Below, piece by piece: positions 8,889-18,409 of a stretch of 32,000 nucleotides of DNA (the stretch's first letter is position 1; the number at the start of each line of letters is the position of its first letter). The translations under genes and the position numbers were made by a program. The stretch is from positions 2,310,001-2,342,000 of the forward strand of contig NC_009925.1 of assembly GCF_000018105.1 (NCBI RefSeq), given 5' to 3'. The notes beneath the pieces were generated by a model. That model was given only the letters and a program-made list of their open reading frames with translations. It was not told where the DNA came from and searched no databases. This DNA comes from Acaryochloris marina MBIC11017 (lineage in GTDB: Bacteria > Cyanobacteriota > Cyanobacteriia > Thermosynechococcales > Thermosynechococcaceae).

Positions 8889-10421
8889 ATGGCCAATACT
8901 AACCATGTCCGTATGATTAAACGTGGTGTTAATCATTGGAATCAGTGGCGTAAACAAAATCCTAGGGTCAAACCAGATTTAAGTGGTATAGACCTGAGTG
9001 AACAGGATTTAAAAGATATTAATTTAATCAATGCTAATTTGAGTCGGGCCAATCTCAGCTTGGCCAACTTGAGCGGTGCTTTTTTAGCCGGTAGTGATCT
9101 CAGTGATGCCTTCTTAAGCGAAGCTAATCTCAGTCGCGTTAATTTTAGTCGGGCCGATTTAACAAAAGCAGATTTAAGTTTTGCCCGGTTACAGGGTGCC
9201 ACGCTCATTGAAGCAACCCTCTACCAAGCCATTTTGATTGAAGCCTGTATGGTTCAGGTTATCTTCCCCTATGCCGATCTAAGACAAGTCAATCTGAGTA
9301 AAGCAGACTTATCAGAAGCCAACGGGATTAAGGCCAATTTGACCCAGGCAAAGTTAGACTCAACCCAATTGCAACAGAGCAATTTAAGTCGGGCTTTCAT
9401 GAGTGAAGCTAGCTTAAAGGGGGCTAATTTAAAAGGCGCTAATTTGAGCAAAACAGACTTGAGTTTCTCTAACTTAAGCTCAGCCCTTTTACGAGATGCC
9501 AATTTAGGTAAAAGCATTGCGATTGAGGCAAATTTTAGAGGCGCTGATTTACGCAATACAAATTTCAAGAACGGACAATGCGTAAAAGCAAACTTTAGTC
9601 GAGTGGATGGTTGTGAAGTAGACTTGTCCTCCGCTAATTTAACAGGCGTCGATCTGAGTGATGCCGATCTGCAGCAAGCGGTGCTCAAGGAAGCGAATCT
9701 CCGGGACGTCAACTTCACTCGCTGTCGTCTATTTGGCACTAATTTTGCCGCGGCTACCCTGACGGGGGCTTGCATAGAAGATATCAGCCCTAATGCCACC
9801 ACCACTTTAGTAGATGTTGTCTGTGACTATGCCTATCAACGCCACAATCAGCAGGAACGCATCCCCAAACAAGGCTATTTTGAGCCTGGAGACGTAAAAA
9901 CCTTTTTTACTGAAGCTCAAGCCACCCTTAATTTGGGGCTACCTAAGGATGTCCATTGGGCCGCGCTAACGTACAGTCTCCAATGGTTGCAAATCCAACC
10001 CGACTGCCAACCCGTCAAAATTCAGCGGTTAGAACACAATCCAGATGGCACTGTTTTGCTGAGATTGGCTATCGCGACCAGCATTGACAAGGAACGCCTG
10101 CAGCTAGATCTTTGGCGAGTCTATGAAGAAACCTACATGATGCTAGAGCCTGAGGATGGTCAACCCTTAGCAAAGCCGTTACCCAGTATTGATCCTCAAC
10201 AATACGGTCATCACGAGTCTATTAATCGCTTATTTGATTTCCTCACATTGATGATGGAGGCGATTACCCCTAATGGAGCCGTGATTAACAACCATGACCT
10301 CGCGGTATCACGCAATGGGAGCAACATCCACGACGGTCAGACATTCCCCGAGCTCGCGGTCACTAATTCTTTACTGCAGGGGGAGATGGCAGATACCTTA
10401 CAACAACCCCATACTCTCTAA
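8889..10421 (+). CDS. pentapeptide-repeat protein with an uncharacterised C-terminal domain
   Basis: 510-aa ORF. About 53 consecutive A(D/N)LxX pentads run from roughly residue 30 to 298 (ANLSRANLSLANLSGAFLAGSDLSDAFLSEANLSRVNFSRADL...). They are followed by a non-repetitive tail of about 210 aa (VVCDYAYQRHNQQERIPKQGYFEPGD...). Confidence 0.9.
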   Translation: MANTNHVRMIKRGVNHWNQWRKQNPRVKPDLSGIDLSEQDLKDINLINANLSRANLSLANLSGAFLAGSDLSDAFLSEANLSRVNFSRADLTKADLSFARLQGATLIEATLYQAILIEACMVQVIFPYADLRQVNLSKADLSEANGIKANLTQAKLDSTQLQQSNLSRAFMSEASLKGANLKGANLSKTDLSFSNLSSALLRDANLGKSIAIEANFRGADLRNTNFKNGQCVKANFSRVDGCEVDLSSANLTGVDLSDADLQQAVLKEANLRDVNFTRCRLFGTNFAAATLTGACIEDISPNATTTLVDVVCDYAYQRHNQQERIPKQGYFEPGDVKTFFTEAQATLNLGLPKDVHWAALTYSLQWLQIQPDCQPVKIQRLEHNPDGTVLLRLAIATSIDKERLQLDLWRVYEETYMMLEPEDGQPLAKPLPSIDPQQYGHHESINRLFDFLTLMMEAITPNGAVINNHDLAVSRNGSNIHDGQTFPELAVTNSLLQGEMADTLQQPHTL

Positions 10422-11156
10422 TTCTTCTATGGCCTGAAGTCCTGTTGGATCTCCAAGCTTGAGTAAAGAACTCTTGGCATCCTCTTGAACACCGAGATCT
10501 TCATCACTGAGGGCCTTGATCATGGCTGCAATCGCTTGGTTATAGAGATCTCCCCTTGCAAGTACTTTGCTTAATTGCCCTAAAGACCAAGCACAATTAC
10601 TCCGCACGGGTGCCATGGATTCTGTTTGCAGGGCATGGAGCACCGCAGGGATGGCAGCGGCAGCGACATCAGCATTAATTTCGGAGAGTTGTCCTAGGGA
10701 ACTGGCAGCCCAGAGGCGAACAGCTGAAATATCATTCTCCAGAGCATCCACTAACGGATCAAGAACGCGCTGATCTCGGCAATTGCCTAAGGCCCAAACG
10801 ACACCTTTACGAACATATCCATTCCAATCTTGATTGAATTGATGGATCAAGGGCAAAACAGCCGTATCACTAGGGTTACGCCCTAAAGCATAAGCTGCAC
10901 TCACCCGCACTAAGGGACAGGCATCAGCTAATAATTGAATCAAATGGGGAATGGCTCTCGAGTCTTGCAACTCACAAAACGCTCTCGCTGCGATCATGCG
11001 TTGGGTCACGTCAGTCGATGCCAAAAATTGCAGCATCTCCTCGACATCGGGTTTCGCCGCTTCTGCCGCCGGATCATCGACGGCGGCCATGTGATCCAAC
11101 GGACTTTCTAGATTGTCCTCGTCATCTAGGAGGCTAAGATCTTCTTCGTTATACAT
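10398..11156 (-). CDS. HEAT-repeat protein (PBS-lyase-type HEAT-like repeats)
   Basis: 252-aa ORF with an acidic N-terminus, then repeated units of the type D..VR..AA.ALG (PLVRVSAAYALG, GYVRKGVVWALG, SAVRLWAASSLG, APVRSNCAWSLG). Confidence 0.7.
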   Translation of the reverse strand: MYNEEDLSLLDDEDNLESPLDHMAAVDDPAAEAAKPDVEEMLQFLASTDVTQRMIAARAFCELQDSRAIPHLIQLLADACPLVRVSAAYALGRNPSDTAVLPLIHQFNQDWNGYVRKGVVWALGNCRDQRVLDPLVDALENDISAVRLWAASSLGQLSEINADVAAAAIPAVLHALQTESMAPVRSNCAWSLGQLSKVLARGDLYNQAIAAMIKALSDEDLGVQEDAKSSLLKLGDPTGLQAIEELESMGLL

Positions 11157-11282
11157 AACTGTAACTGTACAACACTGAATACCTCTGATTTTGGCAAAAC
11201 TGGGATTGATAACAAGACAAGGTTAAAGTCATAGTCTAATCGTCTAGACTGATAAGGCAAAACTGAAGCTTAAGAGGACACC

Positions 11283-13085
11283 ATGCGGCTATCTCAAATG
11301 CTGTTTGTGACGCTGCGAGAAGACCCAGCGGAAGCAGAAATCCCCAGCCATAAATTACTCTTGCGGGCCGGGTATATTCGCCGTGTAGGCAGTGGGATTT
11401 ATGCCTATTTACCGTTGATGTGGCGTGTGTTGCAAAAGGTGTCTCAGATTGTCCGGGAAGAAATGGATGCAGCTGGGGCTCAGGAATGTTTGCTGCCCCA
11501 AATTCAGCCCGCTGAGTTATGGCAAGAATCAGGTCGATGGGACACCTATACGCAAGCAGAAGGGATTATGTTTGCCCTCCAGGATCGCCAGGACCGGGAG
11601 TTGGGATTAGGGCCGACCCACGAAGAGGTGATTACTGCGGTCGCCAGGGATATGATTCGCTCCTACCGTCAGCTTCCTTTGAACCTTTATCAAATTCAGA
11701 CCAAATTCCGTGATGAGATTCGCCCTCGGTTTGGCTTGATGCGAGGACGGGAATTCATTATGAAGGACGCCTATTCTTTTTCCACGGACGAAGCCGATCT
11801 CAAAATTATTTACAGTAAGATGCATGATGCTTACTGCAATATTCTCCAACGATCTGGCTTAGCGTATCGCGCAGTTGATGCTGATTCTGGAGCCATTGGC
11901 GGCTCTGGGTCCCAGGAGTTTATGGTATTGGCCGAAGCTGGGGAAGATGAGGTTCTCTACACAGACGATGGTAAATATGCGGCCAATGTAGAAAAAGCAG
12001 TGTCCCGACCTGCCGATGCTCAGCCTTCTTCCTTCAAGTCCGTAGAAAAGAAAGAAACGCCCAAGACAGATACCATTGCCAAACTCTGTGATTGCTTGCA
12101 ATGCTCGCCGACTCAGGTTGTCAAAACGGTGCTCTACGAAGCGGTTTATGACAATGGTCAAACCCTTCTGGCTTTAGTCAGTTTGCGGGGCGATCAATCC
12201 GTCAATGAGGTGAAACTACAGAATGAGTTGGTCCAGTTAGGCGACGTGGTGAAAGGCAAAGCTCTCATTGCTCTCACTGTTGCGGAAGGAGGAACCAAAT
12301 GGGCGAGCCAGCCTCTACCCCTGGGGTATATTGCCCCTGATTTAGCAGATAGCTATATTCAAAAGTCCAAACAGGTGCATGGCAAGTTTGTTCGCTTAGT
12401 CGATCAAACAGCAGTCGATCTCAAGAATTTTGTGACGGGGGCTAACGAGGTTGGCATCCACCAAGTCGGGGTCAACTGGAAAACAGATATTCCTTTACCC
12501 AAACATGTGGTGGATATTCGCACAGCTCAGGTGGGAGATCGAGCGGTACACGATCCCAAGCAAACCCTACAAACTGCTCGAGGCATCGAAATTGGTCATA
12601 TCTTTCAATTAGGTACGAAGTACTCCCAGGCGTTAGGGGCGACCTATACGAATGAAGCGGGTAAAGAACAGCCATTAGTGATGGGTTGCTATGGCGTTGG
12701 GGTCTCTCGTCTGGCCCAAGCTGCTGTGGAACAATCCTATGACAAAGATGGGATTGTCTGGCCAGTTGCGATCGCACCGTATCACGCCATCATTATTATT
12801 CCCAATGGGAAAGATAGCGACCAGGTAGAGGCCGCTGAAAAACTCTACAGCGAGCTCAATGCTGCAGGCATAGAAACCTTGCTAGACGATCGGACAGAAC
12901 GAGCGGGGGTGAAATTCAAAGACGCTGACTTAATTGGAATTCCCTATCGAATTGTGACGGGACGATCCTTGAAGGAAGGCAACGTTGAGATGGTAGAACG
13001 AGCCACCCACGACGCGCATCAAATTGCGTTAGATCAGGTTTTACCCACCCTTAAAGAATATTTAGCGAAAGCCATTTCTACTTAG
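11283..13085 (+). CDS. proS: proline--tRNA ligase (bacterial type with editing insertion)
   Basis: 600-aa ORF with class II motif 2 ([25 protein letters not shown]), motif 3 ([10 protein letters not shown]) and a large insertion domain between motifs 2 and 3. Confidence 0.95.
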   Translation: MRLSQMLFVTLREDPAEAEIPSHKLLLRAGYIRRVGSGIYAYLPLMWRVLQKVSQIVREEMDAAGAQECLLPQIQPAELWQESGRWDTYTQAEGIMFALQDRQDRELGLGPTHEEVITAVARDMIRSYRQLPLNLYQIQTKFRDEIRPRFGLMRGREFIMKDAYSFSTDEADLKIIYSKMHDAYCNILQRSGLAYRAVDADSGAIGGSGSQEFMVLAEAGEDEVLYTDDGKYAANVEKAVSRPADAQPSSFKSVEKKETPKTDTIAKLCDCLQCSPTQVVKTVLYEAVYDNGQTLLALVSLRGDQSVNEVKLQNELVQLGDVVKGKALIALTVAEGGTKWASQPLPLGYIAPDLADSYIQKSKQVHGKFVRLVDQTAVDLKNFVTGANEVGIHQVGVNWKTDIPLPKHVVDIRTAQVGDRAVHDPKQTLQTARGIEIGHIFQLGTKYSQALGATYTNEAGKEQPLVMGCYGVGVSRLAQAAVEQSYDKDGIVWPVAIAPYHAIIIIPNGKDSDQVEAAEKLYSELNAAGIETLLDDRTERAGVKFKDADLIGIPYRIVTGRSLKEGNVEMVERATHDAHQIALDQVLPTLKEYLAKAIST

Positions 13086-13136
13086 GGATTCTGTCCTGAT
13101 TAACTCCTATTAGAAGTCCTAACTTTTGGAACTTAA

Positions 13137-13164
13137 GCCTCTGTAAATTCGTCTTTATAGAGGC
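13137..13164 (+). terminator. hairpin downstream of proS (weak terminator candidate)
   Basis: GCCTCTGTAAA-TTCGTC-TTTATAGAGGC forms an 11-bp stem (one G-U pair) with a 6-nt loop, 52 nt after the proS stop. No U-tract follows, hence the low confidence. Confidence 0.25.
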
Positions 13165-13387
13165 TAATCCTGGGACAATAGTGCTGACATTTGCTGTTAT
13201 CTAAACTCAAGCGCTACTCAACCCATTTCTCCAATTGCATGCATTGAGTTATGGAGTACACCACGGTGTCATTCTCCTAGAGTGTCCACCCACAAACCCA
13301 GATTAGATTCCTTGAGTTAGGCTAGACTGGATGGCCCCCTGTTCTCCTGATCTAGTTAGATGTATTCATAGAGGATGAAGTCCAAAA

Positions 13388-13993
13388 ATGGCACAACTAC
13401 GGTACCAAAGTAGGCGGTTCTGGGGAGGGCTGGTTGGCGTTGCCTTAGTATTAGGAGGATCTGGCTGTCAACCCCAACAGACATCCACAGAAACGAGTCC
13501 TTCGCCTACAGCTTCTCCTCAACCCGGCCAAACAGATCCTGAACCGCCCGTTGCGAACCCTGAGCTTGCGGTTTATTGGGTTGCCTATAAAGATCAAGAG
13601 CAGCTGGTGCTGGAACCCACCAAACTGCCCCTAGATAACTTGGAAAATGCCACGTCTGAGGAACAATTAGTCGTTGCTTTCAAACGGCTACTGGAAGGAC
13701 CTGCTAATACTGATAAGACAAATGCAATTCCTGAAAAGACTCAACTGAATAGCCTGAAATTGCAAGAGGATGGGATTCGCATTGATTTATCGAGGGAGTT
13801 CACAACTGGTGGCGGGACCAAATCGATGCAAGCTCGTCTCGGCCAAGTTGTTTACACTGCCAGCAGTTTGAATCCCAAGGAAGCCATTTGGATTTCCATT
13901 GATGGAGAGCCCTTAGAGGTTTTATCCGGGGATGGGCTCATCGTTTCACAACCGATGACCCGCAAGGAATTTGATGATAACTTTTCCCTATAA
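13388..13993 (+). CDS. GerMN-domain lipoprotein
   Basis: Signal peptide with lipobox LGGSGC, a Pro/Ser/Thr linker, then a GerMN-like pattern (VYWV...LVVAFKRLLEGP...IPEKTQLNSLKLQEDGIRIDLSREF...ARLGQVVYTASSL...IWISIDGEPLE). Confidence 0.7.
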   Translation: MAQLRYQSRRFWGGLVGVALVLGGSGCQPQQTSTETSPSPTASPQPGQTDPEPPVANPELAVYWVAYKDQEQLVLEPTKLPLDNLENATSEEQLVVAFKRLLEGPANTDKTNAIPEKTQLNSLKLQEDGIRIDLSREFTTGGGTKSMQARLGQVVYTASSLNPKEAIWISIDGEPLEVLSGDGLIVSQPMTRKEFDDNFSL

Positions 13994-14184
13994 ACGAAAG
14001 GGCCTTTAGAGGATATCCGTGAGTTTCTGGGGCTTCTGGGAATCCTAAAGATAGGCTCTTGGTTTGGGGTCTAAAGAACTGGATCTGGGGTCAGCCGCCT
14101 TCTCTATCTTGAGGTCAGTTTACGGATCACTCTTGTGCCGATCATAATAACGATATCCCCATTCTCCATTCCAGAACCAAGTCT

Positions 14185-15261
14185 ATGACGGTGTCTAAAA
14201 GCCCCGAAGAAAAAAAGCGGGAGGAGCAGCGCATGCAGGATGTATTAGTCCTGCTGCAACATTTAACTGAAAATGAAGAAACCACGATCAAGCTGATGAT
14301 TGAGTGCCTTTACGAGGTAGGGGCCGTTAACTTCATTAACAAGAAAGTTCAAAACGACTCCATCAACCAATTCGCTAAAACCCTGGCGGGGATGTCGAAG
14401 CCCATCGCTAAACGCTATGGCTATTACTGGTTCAAGAAAAATTGTCCTGAATTAATCGTCAATTGGCTCAAGCGAAAGGTCGCGTTTCCTGCCCCACAAG
14501 CCAAAGCCATTCAACAACAAGAGGCAGCCTCTCAAGTTGAAGTCGCTCCAGTTTCGACAGAAACCCCATCTCCAGATCATCCATCTTCTAGCAGTCAATC
14601 AGATGAGCCTTCTACCTTAAAAGAATCAACCCCATCGGTAGAAACGGCTCACCCCCACCAAGCGGAAACACCTGATCAATCCACAGCTCCCACGAATAGT
14701 GCAACAAGCTGGCAGGACGACCAGCATCAGGTGATGGCCTCTTCTGTTGATGGTTTACAGGCTGAATCACAACGCGCTCAGGAGAATGCCGCTGATCCAC
14801 TGCCATCTATTTCACCCACTAACGGAACGCTGACGACGCAAGACAAGGAAACTGAAACAACCAGCGCCTTTATAGAGACAGTCAAAGCTGCCACTTCCAG
14901 CAAACCTGAGGCCGTCTTAGAGAATCCACCCTCATCCGCAGAGTTGCCAACTTCCAAACAAACCGAGACTGCACCCAAGCAAAAAGCACAAGACATCAGT
15001 CAACCGAGTCGCGGAAAAGCGCAAAACAAGGTTCTGATGAAGTCGTTCAAAGTTACGACTTTGCCAACGCCGATGGAGCAAAAGGCCACGCAAATTCGCC
15101 GACTCAAAACTCAAAACAAGGTTTTGATGGGCTCCTTAGCAGGCACGATTCTGGTGGGTGGATTAGCGATCTGGCAATTACATACTACACAGCAAAGTGC
15201 CTTACAGCTTCACCAATCCACCCCCTCATCCATTGTGCCGGCGAGTCAATCCGTAGAGTAA
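14185..15261 (+). CDS. hypothetical tail-anchored membrane protein (N-terminal globular domain, long S/T/P/Q/E-rich linker, C-terminal TM)
   Basis: 358-aa ORF with an ATG start. The first ~110 residues have ordinary complexity, the next ~200 aa are low-complexity, and there is a single C-terminal TM (LMGSLAGTILVGGLAIWQL). No family recognised. Confidence 0.6.
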   Translation: MTVSKSPEEKKREEQRMQDVLVLLQHLTENEETTIKLMIECLYEVGAVNFINKKVQNDSINQFAKTLAGMSKPIAKRYGYYWFKKNCPELIVNWLKRKVAFPAPQAKAIQQQEAASQVEVAPVSTETPSPDHPSSSSQSDEPSTLKESTPSVETAHPHQAETPDQSTAPTNSATSWQDDQHQVMASSVDGLQAESQRAQENAADPLPSISPTNGTLTTQDKETETTSAFIETVKAATSSKPEAVLENPPSSAELPTSKQTETAPKQKAQDISQPSRGKAQNKVLMKSFKVTTLPTPMEQKATQIRRLKTQNKVLMGSLAGTILVGGLAIWQLHTTQQSALQLHQSTPSSIVPASQSVE

Positions 15262-15264
15262 GAA

Positions 15265-17976
15265 CTACTGATAGCTGTCCAACCATGGCTGCACATCAAT
15301 GGCTAGCTTGCGACCCAACTGGAGCAACTGACGCATTTGCACCATCGATAATGGCTGCTCCTGAGATAGCGTCTGATCGTTGCTGTTTTGCTCTCGCAAT
15401 TGAGCCTGGGTGATGGCTTGACTGTGATTCAAAAGGGTCATCTGCTCTTGCAGACAACGGAGATAGAGTTCTTGAGCCCGATCGAGATGAATATCAAGCT
15501 GGAGTTGATGGACCAGATTAAGCAAGGTTTGTAGACGCTGAATCCGATGGGGAGATAAGTCCACATCTACGTGATGGAACAGTTGCCAGAGCAGACGGAG
15601 AATTAAATCTTCGAGTAAGGGATAGGCGGCATCCAATTTGAGGCGACATCCAGCTTGCTCAGCTTCAGTTGCGATCGCAGCCAGTTCTGCCAAATCACTG
15701 GCACCCACCTGGGAGGTTTCCAGGTCTGGATCGCTCATCTCCTTCTCCAAGCTTTTAAGGGTATTTAAGGCACGATGGTTGAGAGCAACTTGAGCGGCTG
15801 TCAGCAATTCGGGGGGCACTTCCAGGTCATCGTATTGGAAGGCCATTAAAACCCCATAGTTATCTCGATAGACCTGGGTATAGAGCTGGTTGAGACGACT
15901 TAAGGTCTCTTGGGACAGAAGAGAAATAATCCGATGGCGCTCTTCTGGCAAGAGGTCATGGAGGCCATAGTGCTGATGACCAAAGGTCTCTGAGATGGCC
16001 AACACGATATTAGTGGCACTAGCCTGTTGCAAGGTATTAAACAGCTTGGCTTTCATCTCGCAATAATGCTTGCGACCACTAAACAGCTGGACCCCACAGT
16101 GAAAGTCCCAACCGCCCAGGTGAAGCACGCAGAATACCAGATGTTCCGATTCAGAAGTGACATTGGAGGTCAGTTGCAGCTGGCCAATGGCTAGGGAAAG
16201 GGAGCCTAAACGCTGAATTTGATAATCTATCTGCTCGGCTTGGTAGGAAAAGTAAGGATGTTGAGGGGGATAGGGATTGAACAGAGAGGTGATGGCATAG
16301 TGGGCGGCAACGGCCTGGACATCGATTTGAGAGGGAATTACCAATTGCTGGTACACACCCGCTCCCGTCTCGAATAGAGCGACATTACTAGGGGCCAAAG
16401 CCAAGCGCTGGATAAACTCAGGCTCTAGGCTGATCCCTGCAACATCCGCAGCTAAGTCAACTGCACGGGCTGCATATCGGAGAATTTGTACCCCCTCGGG
16501 CCTTGAGAGTTCGGCAAAGAACCAACCACAACTCGTATACATCAACAAGCTATGACGCTGAATCTCTAATAAGCGCAAGGCATCAACCCGTTCATCTGCT
16601 GTCAGTTCATGATTTTGATGGGCATTGAGAAAGGCTTGAATGGGATCGGCTGCAGAGGAATCGATCTGCACTTGCCGAGGGAACTGGCCCATAATCTCGA
16701 TATAGCGATTTCGAGTTTCCCAGGGATCTTGGAACAGCAGCCCCCCAATTTCTTGGTAGATATCGCTGAGTTGATCCCGCAGCCAATCTAAAGCGTCCCG
16801 TAAGGGGCGTCGCCATTTTTGATGCCAGAGGCTGCCTTCCCCGCCACATCCACAGTCGTCTTGCCAACGATCAACCCCATGACCACAGCTCCAAGCAGTC
16901 ACCGGCTTCAACTGCACTTCCCAAGTGGGAGGATGCAGGCTGAGGTAATGGGCATAGTTGGTCACCGTCCATCCCAGTTGGGGGAAGGTCTCGTGAAACG
17001 CATAGGCGATCGCTTTTTCCGTATCGCGTTTGTGGTGACCAAAGGTCTCGCCATCAGTCGCAATCGAAATTAGCTGAGACGGCTTGCGATCGCAGCGTAC
17101 TGCCTGCCCTAATCGATTGGCCAAATTCTGGGAGCTACTCAGGACTGCGTTAAAACCAATATCCCGAGAGATGGGGCCATCGTAAAAGAAAATATCGATA
17201 TAGCGTTCACGATCAGGCAGATAACAGCGATAGGGCCGGGTCGGATCAATTTGTGCACCTCCAACTTCTTCCCAAGTAGGGTGGGTGTCAGTATCCGTAT
17301 CGCCAGCCATACCTGGTATCAACCGGCAGCGTTGGGCTTGGGATGGGGCCAGAATAATAAAGCGAATCCCTTCCTCAATCAGCACTTCAATTGTGGCCAT
17401 ATCGACGGCAGCTTCCGCTAGCCACATGCCTTCGGGGTCGCGGCCAAATCGAGATTGAAAATCTGCTTTGCCCCAGCGCACTTGGGTGACTTTGTCCTGG
17501 CGATTGGCCAAGGGCATGATGATGTGGTTGTAGACTTGTGCGATCCCATTACCGTGACCTTGGAGTCGCTCACAGCTCCTGCGATCGGCTTCAATAATAC
17601 GCTGGTAAACCTCCGAATCATAGGTCTCCAACCAGCTCATCAAGGTTGGGCCGATATTGAAGCTGAGATATTCGAAATTATTGACAATATTGATGACTTC
17701 GCCCTGGTCATTAAAAATGCGCGCAAAGGCATTGGGGCGATAGCATTCGTGATAAATTCGCTCATTCCAATCATGAAACGGGGCCGCACTCGATTGCCGT
17801 TCGATGGTGCCCAAGTAAGGATTTTCCCGAGGAGGCTGATAAAAATGACCATGTAAGGTCACATAAACGCCCTCAGCCTGCTCTAGTGGACTAGTGGGTG
17901 AACGTAAGGGAGTAGAGACCTTAAAAGTCGACTGTTCCTGATCAGTATTCTCAGGAATATAAGAGGTTGTATTCAT
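15265..17976 (-). CDS. glycoside hydrolase family 57 protein with a long C-terminal extension (DUF3536-type)
   Basis: GH57 signatures HGHFYQPPRENP and ATDGETFGHH. The likely start is the ATG at 17976 (MNTTSYIPEN); the ORF track begins at a TTG at 18054. Confidence 0.85.
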   Translation of the reverse strand: MNTTSYIPENTDQEQSTFKVSTPLRSPTSPLEQAEGVYVTLHGHFYQPPRENPYLGTIERQSSAAPFHDWNERIYHECYRPNAFARIFNDQGEVINIVNNFEYLSFNIGPTLMSWLETYDSEVYQRIIEADRRSCERLQGHGNGIAQVYNHIIMPLANRQDKVTQVRWGKADFQSRFGRDPEGMWLAEAAVDMATIEVLIEEGIRFIILAPSQAQRCRLIPGMAGDTDTDTHPTWEEVGGAQIDPTRPYRCYLPDRERYIDIFFYDGPISRDIGFNAVLSSSQNLANRLGQAVRCDRKPSQLISIATDGETFGHHKRDTEKAIAYAFHETFPQLGWTVTNYAHYLSLHPPTWEVQLKPVTAWSCGHGVDRWQDDCGCGGEGSLWHQKWRRPLRDALDWLRDQLSDIYQEIGGLLFQDPWETRNRYIEIMGQFPRQVQIDSSAADPIQAFLNAHQNHELTADERVDALRLLEIQRHSLLMYTSCGWFFAELSRPEGVQILRYAARAVDLAADVAGISLEPEFIQRLALAPSNVALFETGAGVYQQLVIPSQIDVQAVAAHYAITSLFNPYPPQHPYFSYQAEQIDYQIQRLGSLSLAIGQLQLTSNVTSESEHLVFCVLHLGGWDFHCGVQLFSGRKHYCEMKAKLFNTLQQASATNIVLAISETFGHQHYGLHDLLPEERHRIISLLSQETLSRLNQLYTQVYRDNYGVLMAFQYDDLEVPPELLTAAQVALNHRALNTLKSLEKEMSDPDLETSQVGASDLAELAAIATEAEQAGCRLKLDAAYPLLEDLILRLLWQLFHHVDVDLSPHRIQRLQTLLNLVHQLQLDIHLDRAQELYLRCLQEQMTLLNHSQAITQAQLREQNSNDQTLSQEQPLSMVQMRQLLQLGRKLAIDVQPWLDSYQ

Positions 17977-18409
17977 ATCAAAAAAACCGCCATGGATGAA
18001 GAGATTTAGCGTTGATGCGGAATCATTAAGCGCTCGCTTAAAGCTTGATTTCAAACTCGAACATCCAGATCAGTTTGAATAGTGAGGATGCAGCGAAGCC
18101 ACAAAAGAATAAATGAATGAGTCCTTTATGTAGTGAAGCCGGACGTAGTAATTGAATGAGGGCCTATGGAGGCAAAGAACCTGCTAACCTGTCTGTGGCT
18201 ATAACCTAGGCGATCCCTTTTGGGAATAGGGGAAATCGCAAGATATCTTAAGAGTTTATTCGGGCATTATGGGTAAAGTCTTCATATTTCCTATGGGATC
18301 AGCCCAATTCACACCGAAATGCCCCTGATAACCGCCCATTAATCTGAGGCAAATCTAGATTTTCCCAAATTGATTTTGATGTACTTGTAAACCCAACTCA
18401 TCTGCAATT

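Noticed and set aside
8979-9780. 15-nt periodicity that could be mistaken for a tandem repeat or CRISPR-like array
   Set aside because: The periodicity is degenerate at the nucleotide level, has no repeat/spacer alternation, and is fully explained by in-frame pentapeptide repeats.
8942-9805. Long minus-strand ORFs (88 and 178 aa) antisense to the pentapeptide-repeat gene
   Set aside because: Their K/L/A/S/R-rich translations are the mirror image of the periodic GCNAAYYTNAGY-type repeats. Stop-free antisense frames are an expected by-product of pentapeptide coding periodicity.
16607-17856. Overlapping ORFs on both strands inside the GH57 gene, including a 133-aa plus-strand ORF
   Set aside because: The GH57 frame carries clear family signatures across this span. 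The alternative frames show no recognisable motifs and start mostly at non-ATG codons.
18055-18409. Possible cation riboswitch (yybP-ykoY-like) in the 355-nt region upstream of the CAX gene
   Set aside because: Only a GGGGA fragment is present (AATAGGGGAAATCGC), without the rest of the conserved core as I remember it. The region is also the divergent promoter for the GH57 gene. A covariance-model scan would be needed to settle this.
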